Source: a virus
DNA: 64,000 bases
Strand: one strand, 5' to 3'
Virus record (IMG/VR): IMGVR_UViG_3300042502_001732
Span: 79,933 to 143,932 of that record
Below are positions 1 to 10,585 of the stretch, one piece after another. A model generated the notes under the pieces. It ran no database searches. It saw nothing but the letters and a program-made list of their open reading frames with translations, and was not told where the DNA came from. Both the position numbers and the translations under genes were made by a program. Positions within the stretch are counted from its first letter, which is position 1. Every line of letters starts with the position of its first letter.

Positions 1-1
1 T

Positions 2-307
2 CATGAATTAACTCATGAAATTTTACACCCCGCTGATAAAAGAAAAGAATTATCAAGTGAAATAAAAGAATTACAAGCGGAAGGTGTAACATATCTAGTA
101 TTGAAACATTATGGTCTTCCTACATCACACGCTGAAATATATCTAGCTCTTTGGGAAAAAGATCCAGAAAATGTAAAACAAAATGAAGAAATAATAAGAG
201 ACACTGCTAAAATGTTTATTGAATATATTGACAATGCTACTATGAATTCTTCAGAAGAATCTCCCGTTCAGGAATCTTATATAAACAGCTTGAAAGCAAT
301 GTGGTAA
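2..307 (+). CDS. 3' part of ArdC-like/zincin metallopeptidase-domain protein (starts before window)
   Basis: Frame is open from base 2: HELTHEILH (HExxH)...ELQAEGVTYLVLKHYGL...YLALW, the pattern of ArdC/LtrC-type C-terminal domains. Confidence 0.6.
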   Translation, partial: HELTHEILHPADKRKELSSEIKELQAEGVTYLVLKHYGLPTSHAEIYLALWEKDPENVKQNEEIIRDTAKMFIEYIDNATMNSSEESPVQESYINSLKAMW

Positions 308-308
308 T

Positions 309-1145
309 ATGAAAAGCTTTGAAAATTTTTACGAAAACTATACAAACGAGTCCGAATTAAATGAAGGATTCAAAGAGAATTTAATAAATTCATTACTGGC
401 ATTGTTTAGTATGGGAGCCGCTGTTTATGAAGGAAATTATGTTCTTAATTTCTTAAACAATCAACCAGCCCCAATGGAACAAAAAATCGATGCTTTAAAT
501 CAAGTAAAAGACCAAACAGACAATATAAAGATTAAAAAAGCCGTTGATGATGCCATTCAAAAAATAAATCAACCAGCTCAAAAAGTAAAAGAAAACATCA
601 CTGGGGAAAAATCTAAAATATTAGATCTCGCTGTAAAACTTACATTGCCAAGTGAAATATTAGGAACCAATATATATGATAAAGTGAACGATAGTTTTAT
701 GAGACCATATCTTGATGACAAAGGATATTGGACGATTGGGGTTGGTCATTTATTAGGTAGCGAAGCTAAGAAAAATTTTTGGATACAAAATAGAGCAAAG
801 CAAGGAAAATCAGCCACTTTATCAAGACCAGAGGCGCTGGCTCAATTTAAACAAGATCTTGAAAAACATCATAATCTAGCACAAAAGAAATTCCAAAAGG
901 AATGGCATAAATTTCCAAATGAACTCAAAGCGGTGTTAGTAGACATATCATTCAGAGGAGATCTTGAGAAAAAAGGATTAGGTGATTTCGCATTCGTTGA
1001 ACTTTTAAAACAAGGAAAATATAAACAAGCAGCGAAAGAATATTTGGATCACACTGAATATAAATCAAGAATGAAAAAGGATAAACCAGACGGTGTTGTG
1101 AAAAGAATGAACAGAAACGCTGCTATTATATCAAAAACGACATAA
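309..1145 (+). CDS. Lysozyme-like (GH24/T4-lysozyme-like) protein with N-terminal extension
   Basis: PYLDDKGYWTIGVGHLL motif; N-terminus MKSFENFYENY...LNE resembles T4 internal-protein leaders. Confidence 0.75.
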   Translation: MKSFENFYENYTNESELNEGFKENLINSLLALFSMGAAVYEGNYVLNFLNNQPAPMEQKIDALNQVKDQTDNIKIKKAVDDAIQKINQPAQKVKENITGEKSKILDLAVKLTLPSEILGTNIYDKVNDSFMRPYLDDKGYWTIGVGHLLGSEAKKNFWIQNRAKQGKSATLSRPEALAQFKQDLEKHHNLAQKKFQKEWHKFPNELKAVLVDISFRGDLEKKGLGDFAFVELLKQGKYKQAAKEYLDHTEYKSRMKKDKPDGVVKRMNRNAAIISKTT

Positions 1146-1192
1146 CATTAATTCTATTGACAATGTATTTTCATGTGGTAAGTATTATACAT

Positions 1193-1930
1193 ATGAAAAC
1201 AAAAAACATATTGTTGGCAGTCGCAGCATTTGCTGCATTCACAAGCGTACAAGCTGGTACAGTTGAACCTGTAACTGTTACAGCTGAAGAGTCCTCGACA
1301 CCATCCATTGTTGTTGAAACTGGATATTCTTCTGAAAGCGTGTGGCGCGGTGCTGACCTTGGCAGAGACGAAGCAAGTGCTGTTGTAACTACAACCACAG
1401 AATTACCAATTGGTGTTGGTCTTGATCTGGTCGCTGGTTATAGCAACGCTGACACTGAAGTAAAAGACGAAGAAACCGATCTTTCTGCAGTTTTCTCAAA
1501 AGAGATTGCTGATTATCTTGTTTCTTTGAGTTATACTTGGTATTCGCAAGACTTTGCCAAAGATGGTAGTGGACAAGCGCAAGAAGCTGGTCTTTCGGTT
1601 TCGCGTGAAGTTGGACCTGTTGATGTTACATTCACTCAATACCTTGCGATCAAGGGTGATAATAACTCATACAGCGAACTAGCAGCAACATACAGTGACG
1701 ATTTCGGTCTTCCTGTTGTGTTGGATTTCCGTTCTGAACTCGGCTATCTTGCTCAAGAAGGAAAATGCACTCATTTTGAAACTAGAATTTCAACCGATAT
1801 TCCAGTTTTGCAAGAAGTAACAGCAGTTCCGTTTGTTGCATATTCTCTTGGTCTTGATGACTCTGTAGGTGCGCATTCAGACATGCATAATGTTTTCTTC
1901 GGTGGGATCGAGTTTAAGCGCTCGTTCTGA
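1193..1930 (+). CDS. Outer-membrane beta-barrel protein (TorF-like putative porin), copy 1
   Basis: Signal peptide MKTKNILLAVAAFAAFTSVQA, amphipathic strands, C-terminal Phe (GGIEFKRSF); paralog at 49113-49853; start placed at MKTK. Confidence 0.7.
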   Translation: MKTKNILLAVAAFAAFTSVQAGTVEPVTVTAEESSTPSIVVETGYSSESVWRGADLGRDEASAVVTTTTELPIGVGLDLVAGYSNADTEVKDEETDLSAVFSKEIADYLVSLSYTWYSQDFAKDGSGQAQEAGLSVSREVGPVDVTFTQYLAIKGDNNSYSELAATYSDDFGLPVVLDFRSELGYLAQEGKCTHFETRISTDIPVLQEVTAVPFVAYSLGLDDSVGAHSDMHNVFFGGIEFKRSF

Positions 1931-1963
1931 TTTAGATATTCAAAAACCAAAATAAAAACCAAT

Positions 1964-1996
1964 ACCGTCTTGTGAGAAATCGCAAGGCGGTTTTTT
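1964..1996 (+). terminator. Rho-independent terminator
   Basis: ACCGTCTTGTGA-GAAA-TCGCAAGGCGGT hairpin followed by T-run. Confidence 0.8.
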
Positions 1997-2031
1997 AATG
2001 TAAAAATTTTATTATATATTAAATATTAAAT

Positions 2032-4095
2032 ATGCGCAAAGATTTTTCAGAATTGTCATTTTTATATGAAAATGTTCTTATAAATGAAATATCTCAAAAA
2101 TATGTGGATGTTATAAAAAAAGCTGCCAATGACCATGTGTTACCATTTGAAAATGTTTTTAACAATAAGTTGAGGATTATACTTCCCATCAAGGGAACTG
2201 AAACATACAATGCTATTTTAAATGATATTTCAAAAATAAAAGATTTTGATCGTTTCGATCCAGAAAAAAAAGAGGTCGTTAGAAAAATAAAACTCGATCC
2301 AAAATATGGCGGGGGAGAGAAAGAACAAAAAATAAACTTGGGAAGAGCGATCAATTCTTTAAAAATTGATCCAGAAACAAAAAAGAAATATTTAAATTGG
2401 TTTGCCAATTACGAATCCAACATACCAGAAATGAATGATCTTAAAAGATTTTCTGTGGTTGTTTCAAGAAGTCCAATTGATGTGTTGAGAATGTCTGATA
2501 TCAGCGATATAGAATCATGTCATAGTCAAGGCGGTGCGTATTTTCAATGTGCGATTCAAGAAGCTATAACAGGCGGGGCTGTGGCTTATGTTGTACACAC
2601 CAGAGATCTTAAAAAATTATCAGACGATGAGTTTCAAAATGAAGAAATATTCGAAGACAAAGAAAGAAACGTCAAAGGAATCGGCGTATGGTCTAGATTA
2701 AGAATAAGAAGATACGAAATAGAAGAAAACAACAATGATATCGGGATTCCAGAAGTCAGAATCTATGGTCGAAAAATACCAGGATTTTATGACACTGTGA
2801 AAAACTTTTTAACAAAATCTCAACAATACAGCGTTGATAATCTTTATAAATTATATAAAAATAAACAACTTAAAAAAACTGGTGGCTCTTATTCAGATTC
2901 CAGCGATAGTCAATTATTCAATAGAATGTACGACACTGATGTTTTTTATGGAAGCATTCGTCACGAAGACAATGATGAAAATGCGGGTAGAGAAGCGCAA
3001 TTCGAAGAAGAATTAGCAGGATTTCAAAACCGTTTCGAGTTTGAACATTGTAATGCGGGTTATAGTATTGATGGAGATGATGATTATGTTTATTATACAG
3101 CGTGGGGAGCAATCAATATAGATCTTGGAGAATATCAAGTGATTGATGATTTTGTAGAATTTGACAGCGAGTATGAGATAAGCCAATTAAAAAAATACAA
3201 CAAAGATTCTCAACACCAATGGGAAAGATCACTGCCATATAATTTTAAAAACAGAAACCAAGAATCCTCAATAAACACTTATAAAAATTTCCTAACAGAT
3301 TTTGAACAATACGATAGCACATCTTTCGTAGAAGACTCGTTGGCTTCGATAAGCATAAAAAGAAATTACAATGAAAAAACGGGAAATTGGGAAAAAAATC
3401 ATTCATCAATGTCGCTGGGAATATTATTCAACAACGAAGAAAGCACAGACGACACTGACGAGTATCTCTCTTTCTTGAGAGAGGTTGACAACATAGATGG
3501 AAACTACGAATCAATCAAAAAAGCATTATTAAAAGCTTTATTGAAAAACGGTTTGATAAAATCAGGACCAGATATGGAAAAATATACCACCATATCAAAA
3601 GAAAAAGAATTTGTAGAAGATATAAAGAACTTTGAATTTGATACGTCAGAAGACGCATTAACAACTGATATATTTTTGGGAAGATACACAGAGCTATCAA
3701 AAGATGTTGCTTACGCAAACATCAGCATGATATTTGGAGAAGCACTTGAAAAATATCTAGACACGTATTACAAATCACCGCAAATCAATACACAGCAAAC
3801 CACATTTGATAAGTTTTTTGAAAACCACTACAACGAAACGCTTGTTAATAAGTATGGAATAGAAAATATCAAATGCAGATACACCACCCAAGCATTCAAC
3901 ACCGAATTATACAACATGAGTTTGGAAATAAAATTCGAAGCATTGAACAGCAAAACCGCGCCAATTATCAAATTCCTAAATGATCACTATGATGATATAA
4001 CCAACATAGCCAAAATGTTTTTCTTAAAACTCGCCAAAATAGAAAACCAGGACACCAAAAGATTACAACAGGTGTATGGTAAGTTATTACAATAA
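2032..4095 (+). CDS. Large hypothetical protein with D-x3-L-x2-LY leader
   Basis: 687-aa ORF; leader MRKDFSELSFLYENVLINE shared with neighbouring genes. Confidence 0.75.
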   Translation: MRKDFSELSFLYENVLINEISQKYVDVIKKAANDHVLPFENVFNNKLRIILPIKGTETYNAILNDISKIKDFDRFDPEKKEVVRKIKLDPKYGGGEKEQKINLGRAINSLKIDPETKKKYLNWFANYESNIPEMNDLKRFSVVVSRSPIDVLRMSDISDIESCHSQGGAYFQCAIQEAITGGAVAYVVHTRDLKKLSDDEFQNEEIFEDKERNVKGIGVWSRLRIRRYEIEENNNDIGIPEVRIYGRKIPGFYDTVKNFLTKSQQYSVDNLYKLYKNKQLKKTGGSYSDSSDSQLFNRMYDTDVFYGSIRHEDNDENAGREAQFEEELAGFQNRFEFEHCNAGYSIDGDDDYVYYTAWGAINIDLGEYQVIDDFVEFDSEYEISQLKKYNKDSQHQWERSLPYNFKNRNQESSINTYKNFLTDFEQYDSTSFVEDSLASISIKRNYNEKTGNWEKNHSSMSLGILFNNEESTDDTDEYLSFLREVDNIDGNYESIKKALLKALLKNGLIKSGPDMEKYTTISKEKEFVEDIKNFEFDTSEDALTTDIFLGRYTELSKDVAYANISMIFGEALEKYLDTYYKSPQINTQQTTFDKFFENHYNETLVNKYGIENIKCRYTTQAFNTELYNMSLEIKFEALNSKTAPIIKFLNDHYDDITNIAKMFFLKLAKIENQDTKRLQQVYGKLLQ

Positions 4096-4506
4096 TCAAC
4101 CTTCCATAACTTCATCTAAATCATAAAAGCTATTTATAAAATTGATATTGGCTTTTTGGATTGGTGTGAATCTGTGTGTAACTTCTTTTTCGTAAAATGT
4201 TTTGTTCTGCGAAAAAACAATTCGAACCCATCCCAAAGAAAAAAGAGTATCGTATACTCCTTTTTTGGAAGAAGTCCCAATACTATCTAAAATTTGTTTT
4301 CCAACGATTTCATGTTGTCCAACACCACCACGCACCACTGCAAAATTACCATGGCGATCCATCCAAAACCCATAAGGTTTGTTCATAGGCAAACGAACAA
4401 TGCTGTTGTGTATTTTCAAGGTGTCTTGATCATCAAAAGCTTTTGTTTTACTTGCTTCTTCAATCATTTCAAGATAAATACTGTTTATATCTAAACGATA
4501 ATTCAT
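4096..4506 (-). CDS. Hypothetical protein (leader family)
   Basis: 136 aa; MNYRLDINSIYLEMIEE leader. Confidence 0.65.
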   Translation of the reverse strand: MNYRLDINSIYLEMIEEASKTKAFDDQDTLKIHNSIVRLPMNKPYGFWMDRHGNFAVVRGGVGQHEIVGKQILDSIGTSSKKGVYDTLFSLGWVRIVFSQNKTFYEKEVTHRFTPIQKANINFINSFYDLDEVMEG

Positions 4507-4514
4507 AATTTTAT

Positions 4515-4988
4515 TTAATATAATTCGTTTTGTATAGAAGATAAGTATTCTCCATCCAGAGTTTGGATTATTTTGGATTGCACAACAACACCAGGATTGA
4601 TGATAATCACCGAAAGGTTTTCGTTTCTAATGTCTCCTTCGCCTGTGTTCTTGTAAAACGCTACATCATAATCACCCAAACCTTCAACATAATCATAACC
4701 GTGATCAGAGCCATCGTCTGGCAACAACTTTGGATACACATCACCCGTTCTAATAATTAGCTCATAAAGATAATATGTGTCATACTTTCCTTCGTCATTG
4801 ATCATATAATCAGCGCGAATCAACGCTTGTTGACGAGTACCACAATGAGATCCCGAAACGTAATCTCGCTTATCACCACGAGCAGAACTACGAAAAACTT
4901 TTAAATATTCCACACCTTCAACGTCTTTAAACTTTGTATTTGCCGTTAATTCTTGAGTGTTATAGAAAGATTCCAAAAAGCTTTTCAT
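4515..4988 (-). CDS. ADP-ribosyltransferase-like protein (ART-PolyVal-like)
   Basis: Start MKSFLESFYN; HCGTRQQALIR and YDVAFYKNTGEG...SVIIINP resemble ART domains of polyvalent proteins. Confidence 0.5.
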   Translation of the reverse strand: MKSFLESFYNTQELTANTKFKDVEGVEYLKVFRSSARGDKRDYVSGSHCGTRQQALIRADYMINDEGKYDTYYLYELIIRTGDVYPKLLPDDGSDHGYDYVEGLGDYDVAFYKNTGEGDIRNENLSVIIINPGVVVQSKIIQTLDGEYLSSIQNELY

Positions 4989-5020
4989 AGGATTATTTAA
5001 TTGACTAAATATTTTAGATA

Positions 5021-5416
5021 ATGAAAAACAGAGATCAACTATTATTGACAAATATATATACAAGTTCTGTTTTGTCAGAAAGTATAACAGCAGCTGTTAA
5101 AAAAATTTCAATTGAAAACCTTTTACCAGATAAAGATAACATGGAAGTGGCTGTTGATTCTCTAAGAAAAGGCATGCGCAGTTCTGATAATAATCCTATA
5201 TCGGTTTATAAAAATAAAAATAAATATATAGTAGCAGACGGACATCATCGCTTGTTGCAATCCATAATCAACGGCGATGAATCCATCAACGCAAAAATCC
5301 TTCACTCAGACACACCAGTATCCACAACAGGAACAATCAAATTAGACTTATTCGACGGCGATTACTATGGACTGGATTCATCTCTAGAAAACGGATGGTT
5401 AATAAAAAGACTATGA
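5021..5416 (+). CDS. ParB/Srx-like domain protein
   Basis: PISV...YIVADGHHRL motif; leader MKNRDQLLLTNIY. Confidence 0.7.
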   Translation: MKNRDQLLLTNIYTSSVLSESITAAVKKISIENLLPDKDNMEVAVDSLRKGMRSSDNNPISVYKNKNKYIVADGHHRLLQSIINGDESINAKILHSDTPVSTTGTIKLDLFDGDYYGLDSSLENGWLIKRL

Positions 5417-6267
5417 AAAACGAAGACAGATATTTTTTAGAAGAACTCTATACAGAAATGGCATTGTCCAATCTACAAACGATTGGCAAATGGCAAGACG
5501 ATAAAAATAGACACGGATATGACAAAGCATCAGTAGGAATACTATCATCTCCCGCAGGATTAAAAAAATTAGAAGACACATTCAACAAAATAGGAGGATG
5601 GGACTTTAATCTATATTTCGTAAAATTACCAAACGCATGGAAACAAAGCGAAATGGGACTGGTTGATATCAACAACCTACCACAATTAATCAAAGTCGAA
5701 GCGGGAAAAGATTTCCCCATGCCAACAGACAGCGAAATAACAATCATATTCACAAACAACGCAGCGGCAGAAAAAGTACCATTAACACCATGGACAATAG
5801 CACACAGAATAGGACATTCTTTCGCAGCAACATTCAGAAGAGGAAACGATAAATCTATACAACACTATGATAACGAAATATCAAATATATTAAAAAAATT
5901 ATTAATGTGTTATAATATAAAACCAGAAGGAAATCTGTTATACTCCCAAGCTTATTATATAAGAGATCTATTTCAAAAAATAGGAAAGTTCCGTAGTGCT
6001 AGAATGGGTAAATTAAATCGCCCAGCAGAATTCTATCACGAAGCGTTCTCGTATTGGTTATTACACGATGGAGAACTAAACTTCAATGATCCCCCACAAT
6101 CACTGATAGACAGCAACAAACAAGCATGGGGAACACCAGTGGGTATGAATTATAGATTACAAGATGCAGAAACAGCAGAAGACTTATTATATCAATTAAA
6201 ATATGAATTAGAAGAGAAATTCAATTATATGATAGGAAGACACATCGGCACAACGTCGATTATGTGA
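5413..6267 (+). CDS. Hypothetical protein (leader family)
   Basis: Start MKNEDRYFLEELYTE; AHRIGH and FYHE are possible metal-binding motifs. Confidence 0.7.
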   Translation: MKNEDRYFLEELYTEMALSNLQTIGKWQDDKNRHGYDKASVGILSSPAGLKKLEDTFNKIGGWDFNLYFVKLPNAWKQSEMGLVDINNLPQLIKVEAGKDFPMPTDSEITIIFTNNAAAEKVPLTPWTIAHRIGHSFAATFRRGNDKSIQHYDNEISNILKKLLMCYNIKPEGNLLYSQAYYIRDLFQKIGKFRSARMGKLNRPAEFYHEAFSYWLLHDGELNFNDPPQSLIDSNKQAWGTPVGMNYRLQDAETAEDLLYQLKYELEEKFNYMIGRHIGTTSIM

Positions 6268-6271
6268 TCGG

Positions 6272-6472
6272 GCCTTATACAAAAAACCTATAAAAATATA
6301 AAAAAAAATATTTTAATAAAAATTGGCCTTATATAAAAACCTACAAAAAATACAAAAAATATTTTATATAGTAAAAAAGCCTTATAGTAAAACTTACAAA
6401 AAATACAAAAAATATTTTAATAGTAAAAAAGCCTTATATAAAAAACTTACAAAAAATACAAAAAATATTTTT
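6272..6472. repeat. Four AT-rich tandem repeats of 52-54 bp
   Basis: GCCTTATA..AAAAC(C/T)TA(C/T)AAAAA.. units start at 6272, 6326, 6379, 6431. Confidence 0.85.
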
Positions 6473-6489
6473 CCATGGCCCCCCCTTTC

Positions 6490-6539
6490 AAAAAAAACCT
6501 ACCAGCGTGTAGAAGCAAATTCTAACACGCTGGTAGGTA
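6490..6539 (-). terminator. Terminator ending the minus-strand gene block
   Basis: ACCTACCAGCGTGT...ACACGCTGGTAGGT inverted repeat with adjacent A-run. Confidence 0.75.
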
Positions 6540-6569
6540 TGGTTGTATGTTATTCTAGTTTCTTACTAC

Positions 6570-6797
6570 TCAGTAGTCAGCTAACTCACCGAATTCCTCT
6601 TCGACGAACTCTCGTGCGAACTCTCTGGCAGCGTCAGTGACTTCAGCAGCTAGGTCATAGCCGTTGTCGATCATCTCTTCGATCTCGTCGATGTAGTCGC
6701 AAAGTGATGCCGTGTCTGGCAGGTCTGATAGACTCATCATGGTGATGGCTTCGACTTCACGATTGATAATGTTGATTGCTTTTTGTCTGTTTGTCAT
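6570..6797 (-). CDS. Small acidic hypothetical protein
   Basis: 75 aa, motif A directly upstream. Confidence 0.65.
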   Translation of the reverse strand: MTNRQKAINIINREVEAITMMSLSDLPDTASLCDYIDEIEEMIDNGYDLAAEVTDAAREFAREFVEEEFGELADY

Positions 6798-7065
6798 GGC
6801 AAGGTTATGATAATCTAGTTTTTAACTGGTGATTGGCAAGCAGGAGACGATCAATCTCCCACTTGCCTTTACCATGCTACCTATTGAAACATTTGAATGA
6901 CTACAACCATCCAGATGGCAAGGTTGAGTCCAATGACGATACCGAGTAATTCTTTCATGATGTTAAGATATGTTGTCGCCCCCTCAACTTTCTACTGCGT
7001 TGCTACGGGATCTTGTGAGTAGGGGAAACCACCCCAGGGCGACAAAAGGATTATGTTCTAGTTTT

Positions 7066-7266
7066 TTACTGGTGGCCAGAGTAGTTTACTGGTTCGTCAG
7101 AGTCAACCTTGACGCACCAGCACTTCTTGGCTGTTTTCTTCTGGTAGTCAGTCCATGGCTTTGGGCCAAAGGCAGCTTCCCAAGCTGCCTTTTCTGTTGG
7201 GCCATCGCCCAGATTGCAATGTCGAAGGCAATTGATGCCCGATTGTCCTTTGATGATGTATTTCAT
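7066..7266 (-). CDS. Small hypothetical protein
   Basis: 66 aa, motif A upstream. Confidence 0.6.
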   Translation of the reverse strand: MKYIIKGQSGINCLRHCNLGDGPTEKAAWEAAFGPKPWTDYQKKTAKKCWCVKVDSDEPVNYSGHQ

Positions 7267-7291
7267 GGCGAAACTATTATGATCTAGTTTT

Positions 7292-7513
7292 TTACTGGTT
7301 GACTTTAGCTTCCCAGTTGAAAATGTCGGCTTGACTGATCTTGATGCCGTGCTTGTAAAACAAGTGGGACAACGCGAGTCGGCTCATGCCTTTCTTGCGG
7401 CACACTCTGATTGCCTTTCGATAAGGCTCACAGCGCTTCACAAAGGGAGCGGTGCGGCGTGGCATCGGAGTGTTGATGATTTGATTTGAGATGTGTGCGG
7501 ATGATAGTTTCAT
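7292..7513 (-). CDS. Small basic protein, possible HTH
   Basis: GMSRLALSH...ISQADIFNWE; motif A upstream. Confidence 0.55.
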   Translation of the reverse strand: MKLSSAHISNQIINTPMPRRTAPFVKRCEPYRKAIRVCRKKGMSRLALSHLFYKHGIKISQADIFNWEAKVNQ

Positions 7514-7552
7514 AGTAGTGGTGTGGTATTGGAATGATATTCTAGTTTTTTA

Positions 7553-7762
7553 TTAGTTAAATCGGCAAACCTCTTCAAAAATTCCTTCGTTGTTTTGGAC
7601 ATAAAAGGAACAATCGAGCATTTCCATTTCGTCGTCCACTTCGTCTTCCATTGGAGGGCCAAACTCAATCACATCGCAAATTGGAGTGAAGTGAAGCTCC
7701 TTGTGCTTGTCGATGTAGCAAAGGAACAAATTGTCTACTGTGTAATCTTCTAGTGTATTCAT
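7553..7762 (-). CDS. Small hypothetical protein
   Basis: Start re-set to MNTLEDY after motif A at about 7777. Confidence 0.55.
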   Translation of the reverse strand: MNTLEDYTVDNLFLCYIDKHKELHFTPICDVIEFGPPMEDEVDDEMEMLDCSFYVQNNEGIFEEVCRFN

Positions 7763-7787
7763 GGTATTGGAATGATATTCTAGTTTT

Positions 7788-7991
7788 TTAATACTCCCAT
7801 TCTGGCTCGTATCCATCAGCGAAACGATCTTCGTATGCCGCATCGAGCCATGCGTCTTCGTTGCCCTCGTTGGTGAGGTCATAGGGAAGCAGGTCGTCTT
7901 GCAGATTGTAATGGGGATCATACAATGCTTCATCGCCGTATTCTTCAACAAAGACATTGTATGGGATGGTATCGGGTTCAATAGTATTCAT
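7788..7991 (-). CDS. Small acidic hypothetical protein
   Basis: EDAWLDAAYEDRF; motif A upstream. Confidence 0.6.
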   Translation of the reverse strand: MNTIEPDTIPYNVFVEEYGDEALYDPHYNLQDDLLPYDLTNEGNEDAWLDAAYEDRFADGYEPEWEY

Positions 7992-8397
7992 GGTAGTGTT
8001 AGGATAATTTAGTTTCTTACTGGTGATCCTTTAGGCGGATCAATCCATCGCTTTTCTGGCAAGCCGATTGCCACGCACCGCCACGCTCTCCGTTGCGGCT
8101 TTTCTCTTGTGCCTATTTGATCGGTCGGCTTCCGTGTTCCTACTATGCGGGAACCTAACGCAAATTCATCATAACCTAGTTTTTAACTGGTCAGATTTCG
8201 ATGATGTCATCGTCATCGGCATAGGGATAAATCCCAGTATCGGGATCGTAAAGATCACCGAAAACGATTTGCAATTCCAAGGTATCAAGTAGGGCGAGTA
8301 GGTCAATCATGGCAGGGTCATCATAACCTAGTTTTTAACTAGTGGATTTGAGATAAAAAAAGGGGAGAGTGAAAAATCACTCTCCCCTTGTGGATTG

Positions 8398-8673
8398 TTA
8401 TGCGTTGGCTTTTGCCGCTTCCATTTCCGCGATCATCGCCTTGAGGCGTTCGATCTTGGCCGCAGTTTTGGTTTCAGCGCGTCCGTTGTGGATTGCCTTG
8501 GACTCGACCTCAAAAAGGTCAACGCCATCGGGAGTGAAGCGGTGGGACATTGCCACTTCGACAATGACGCGCAATGCTTCGCCGTCATTCTTCAACTCAA
8601 ATTCCTCTTTCAAGGATTGGATGAAGTCTTTGTCGCGGAGGGTGGGAACGATAGGATGCTGTTTATTTTTCAT
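8398..8673 (-). CDS. Hypothetical protein
   Basis: 91 aa, motif A upstream, hairpin terminator at 8358-8390 downstream. Confidence 0.65.
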   Translation of the reverse strand: MKNKQHPIVPTLRDKDFIQSLKEEFELKNDGEALRVIVEVAMSHRFTPDGVDLFEVESKAIHNGRAETKTAAKIERLKAMIAEMEAAKANA

Positions 8674-9682
8674 AGCAAGGTCAGTGTATTCTAGTTTCTA
8701 ACTGGTCTCAACCTTTCAGGCAGGTATCATTCCATCAATCTTCTTGGCGATTGATTGCCGTTTGGTGCTGGCATCATCATAACCTAGTTTCTAATTAGTC
8801 ATTGCAAATTCATCAATGAATGTTTCGAGAATGTCACTAGGTGCTTCAATGCTTATTGCGATAATCATGCGGTTAAATTTTATTTTAGTTTTTTATTAGT
8901 CTGGTGTATTTTTTAACTTATTATGAATAGATTGTTATGGTTAAGATTCCAGATTGGAATAAAAAGATTCCGCTGGAGGATAATAATAACACAAAATTAT
9001 CCTCCAGCGGATTTTACCACGATACTACACCTATAAAAAATTATATGATTTTAGGGAAATTAGTCACAAAACAATCCCTTGCGTATCTTTCTTTTGCGAT
9101 TCTTTGAAGGGGTATTTGCACAAGGCTTGAGCAAGCGCATAGGATTTTTGGATTTGACTGCTGTTAAAATCCCGTGGATGAAGTATCCAAGGATTAGAAT
9201 TGTTGTGAATCCAATTGAAAACCACACATAAAATGTGATGAATGTTTCGATTGTGAAGAATGATGTTGTTAGATATTCAATCATAATTTGATTATATAAT
9301 AAAGTTATTGATTGTCAAGAGAGTTGCATTGGTAGCCAAGGAATTAGTTATATGAAACGAACGCAAGAGATTTTCCTTGGCTACCTTTGCAAAATTATCG
9401 TATACCAGCAAGCGCATCAGCCACTATGCGTTTTATCAGACTTAATAATGTATGTAGAACTCACAAAGTTGTGATGACAAACTGATTATATTATCATCGC
9501 AACTTTATAAACATCATTTTATCATTTACCAGATGAGATTACTTCGTGTGTTTTGGGATTGATCATTCTCACCAGATAGTCAATGATGAATTGAGTTGAG
9601 TCTTCTCCTATTGGATGGCTACCTAGTTGGTTGCCCATGCGATAAGTTAGATAGTTTTCGTGGATGGTAAAGACTAGATGGT

Positions 9683-9988
9683 TCATTGTTTGGAATGTTT
9701 GATGTGAAAAGCCACAAAGTCTTCTGCGAGATTATCAATTAGTTCTTCAACAAAAGCACTGGCATCATCCATTGGGTGAAGTTCAAACTTTGAAACCGCA
9801 TCCCAAACTTCGATTTGCTTTTGATCTTCCTGCTGTTCTGATGTGCTGTATTCATCAGCGAGCAAAGCGAGAGAGAGTCTTTCAGCACTCCAATCTTTGG
9901 GCCATTTGGAAAGGAAATGACCTGCGGCGATTAGGTATGCTTCGGCGTGGAGGGGATTGTTAGTGTCGAGGAGGATGTAGTCTTGCAT
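9683..9988 (-). CDS. Hypothetical protein
   Basis: 101-aa ORF in co-directional block. Confidence 0.6.
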   Translation of the reverse strand: MQDYILLDTNNPLHAEAYLIAAGHFLSKWPKDWSAERLSLALLADEYSTSEQQEDQKQIEVWDAVSKFELHPMDDASAFVEELIDNLAEDFVAFHIKHSKQ

Positions 9989-10585
9989 GGCGTGAGGTTA
10001 GTTGTTTTGGGATTGCTTGTCAACAAGTTCTTTCGCGATTTCTTCTTTGAGGTCTTCCAGTAGATCAATGAAGTCAGAGAGTTCATCGTCCATAAGAAAC
10101 ATAGGAAGAATGCGGTCAATGATTGGTTCAGCAGGAAGCTCCCTTGTCAATTCGTAGTAACGCTTGAGTTTACAAGTATCGTGTGCGAACTCACCGATTT
10201 GTTTGATTGGTTGCATGGTTATTGTTCGATGAGGTTATTTTGTTTACAAAACTCGGCAATTACACCATTCATCTCCGTAAGAAAGTCGGAGATCATGAGT
10301 TCCTTGTCGAATGAGACTTCGTTGCCTTCGATGCAATATAAAAGGTCAACTTGGATTGTGGGTGGATTGATTGGTTGCATGGTGATTAGTCGTCAGCGTG
10401 GTGAGTTTCCATTAGTTCAGCAAGATAGCCGCGAATTTCATCAGCGGTTTCGCTTTCTCCTCCAGAGTATTCGTTAACAAGATCGAGAGCTTGATTGGCG
10501 ATTTCCTCAAGGGCTTCAATTGTGTTTAGTAGTTTTTCGATTGTGGTCATGTCAATAGTATAGTTTAGTTTCTTATTAGTGAAAG

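Noticed and set aside
6323-6640. Lys-rich 105-aa ORF
   Set aside because: Read-through of the AT-rich tandem repeat and terminator
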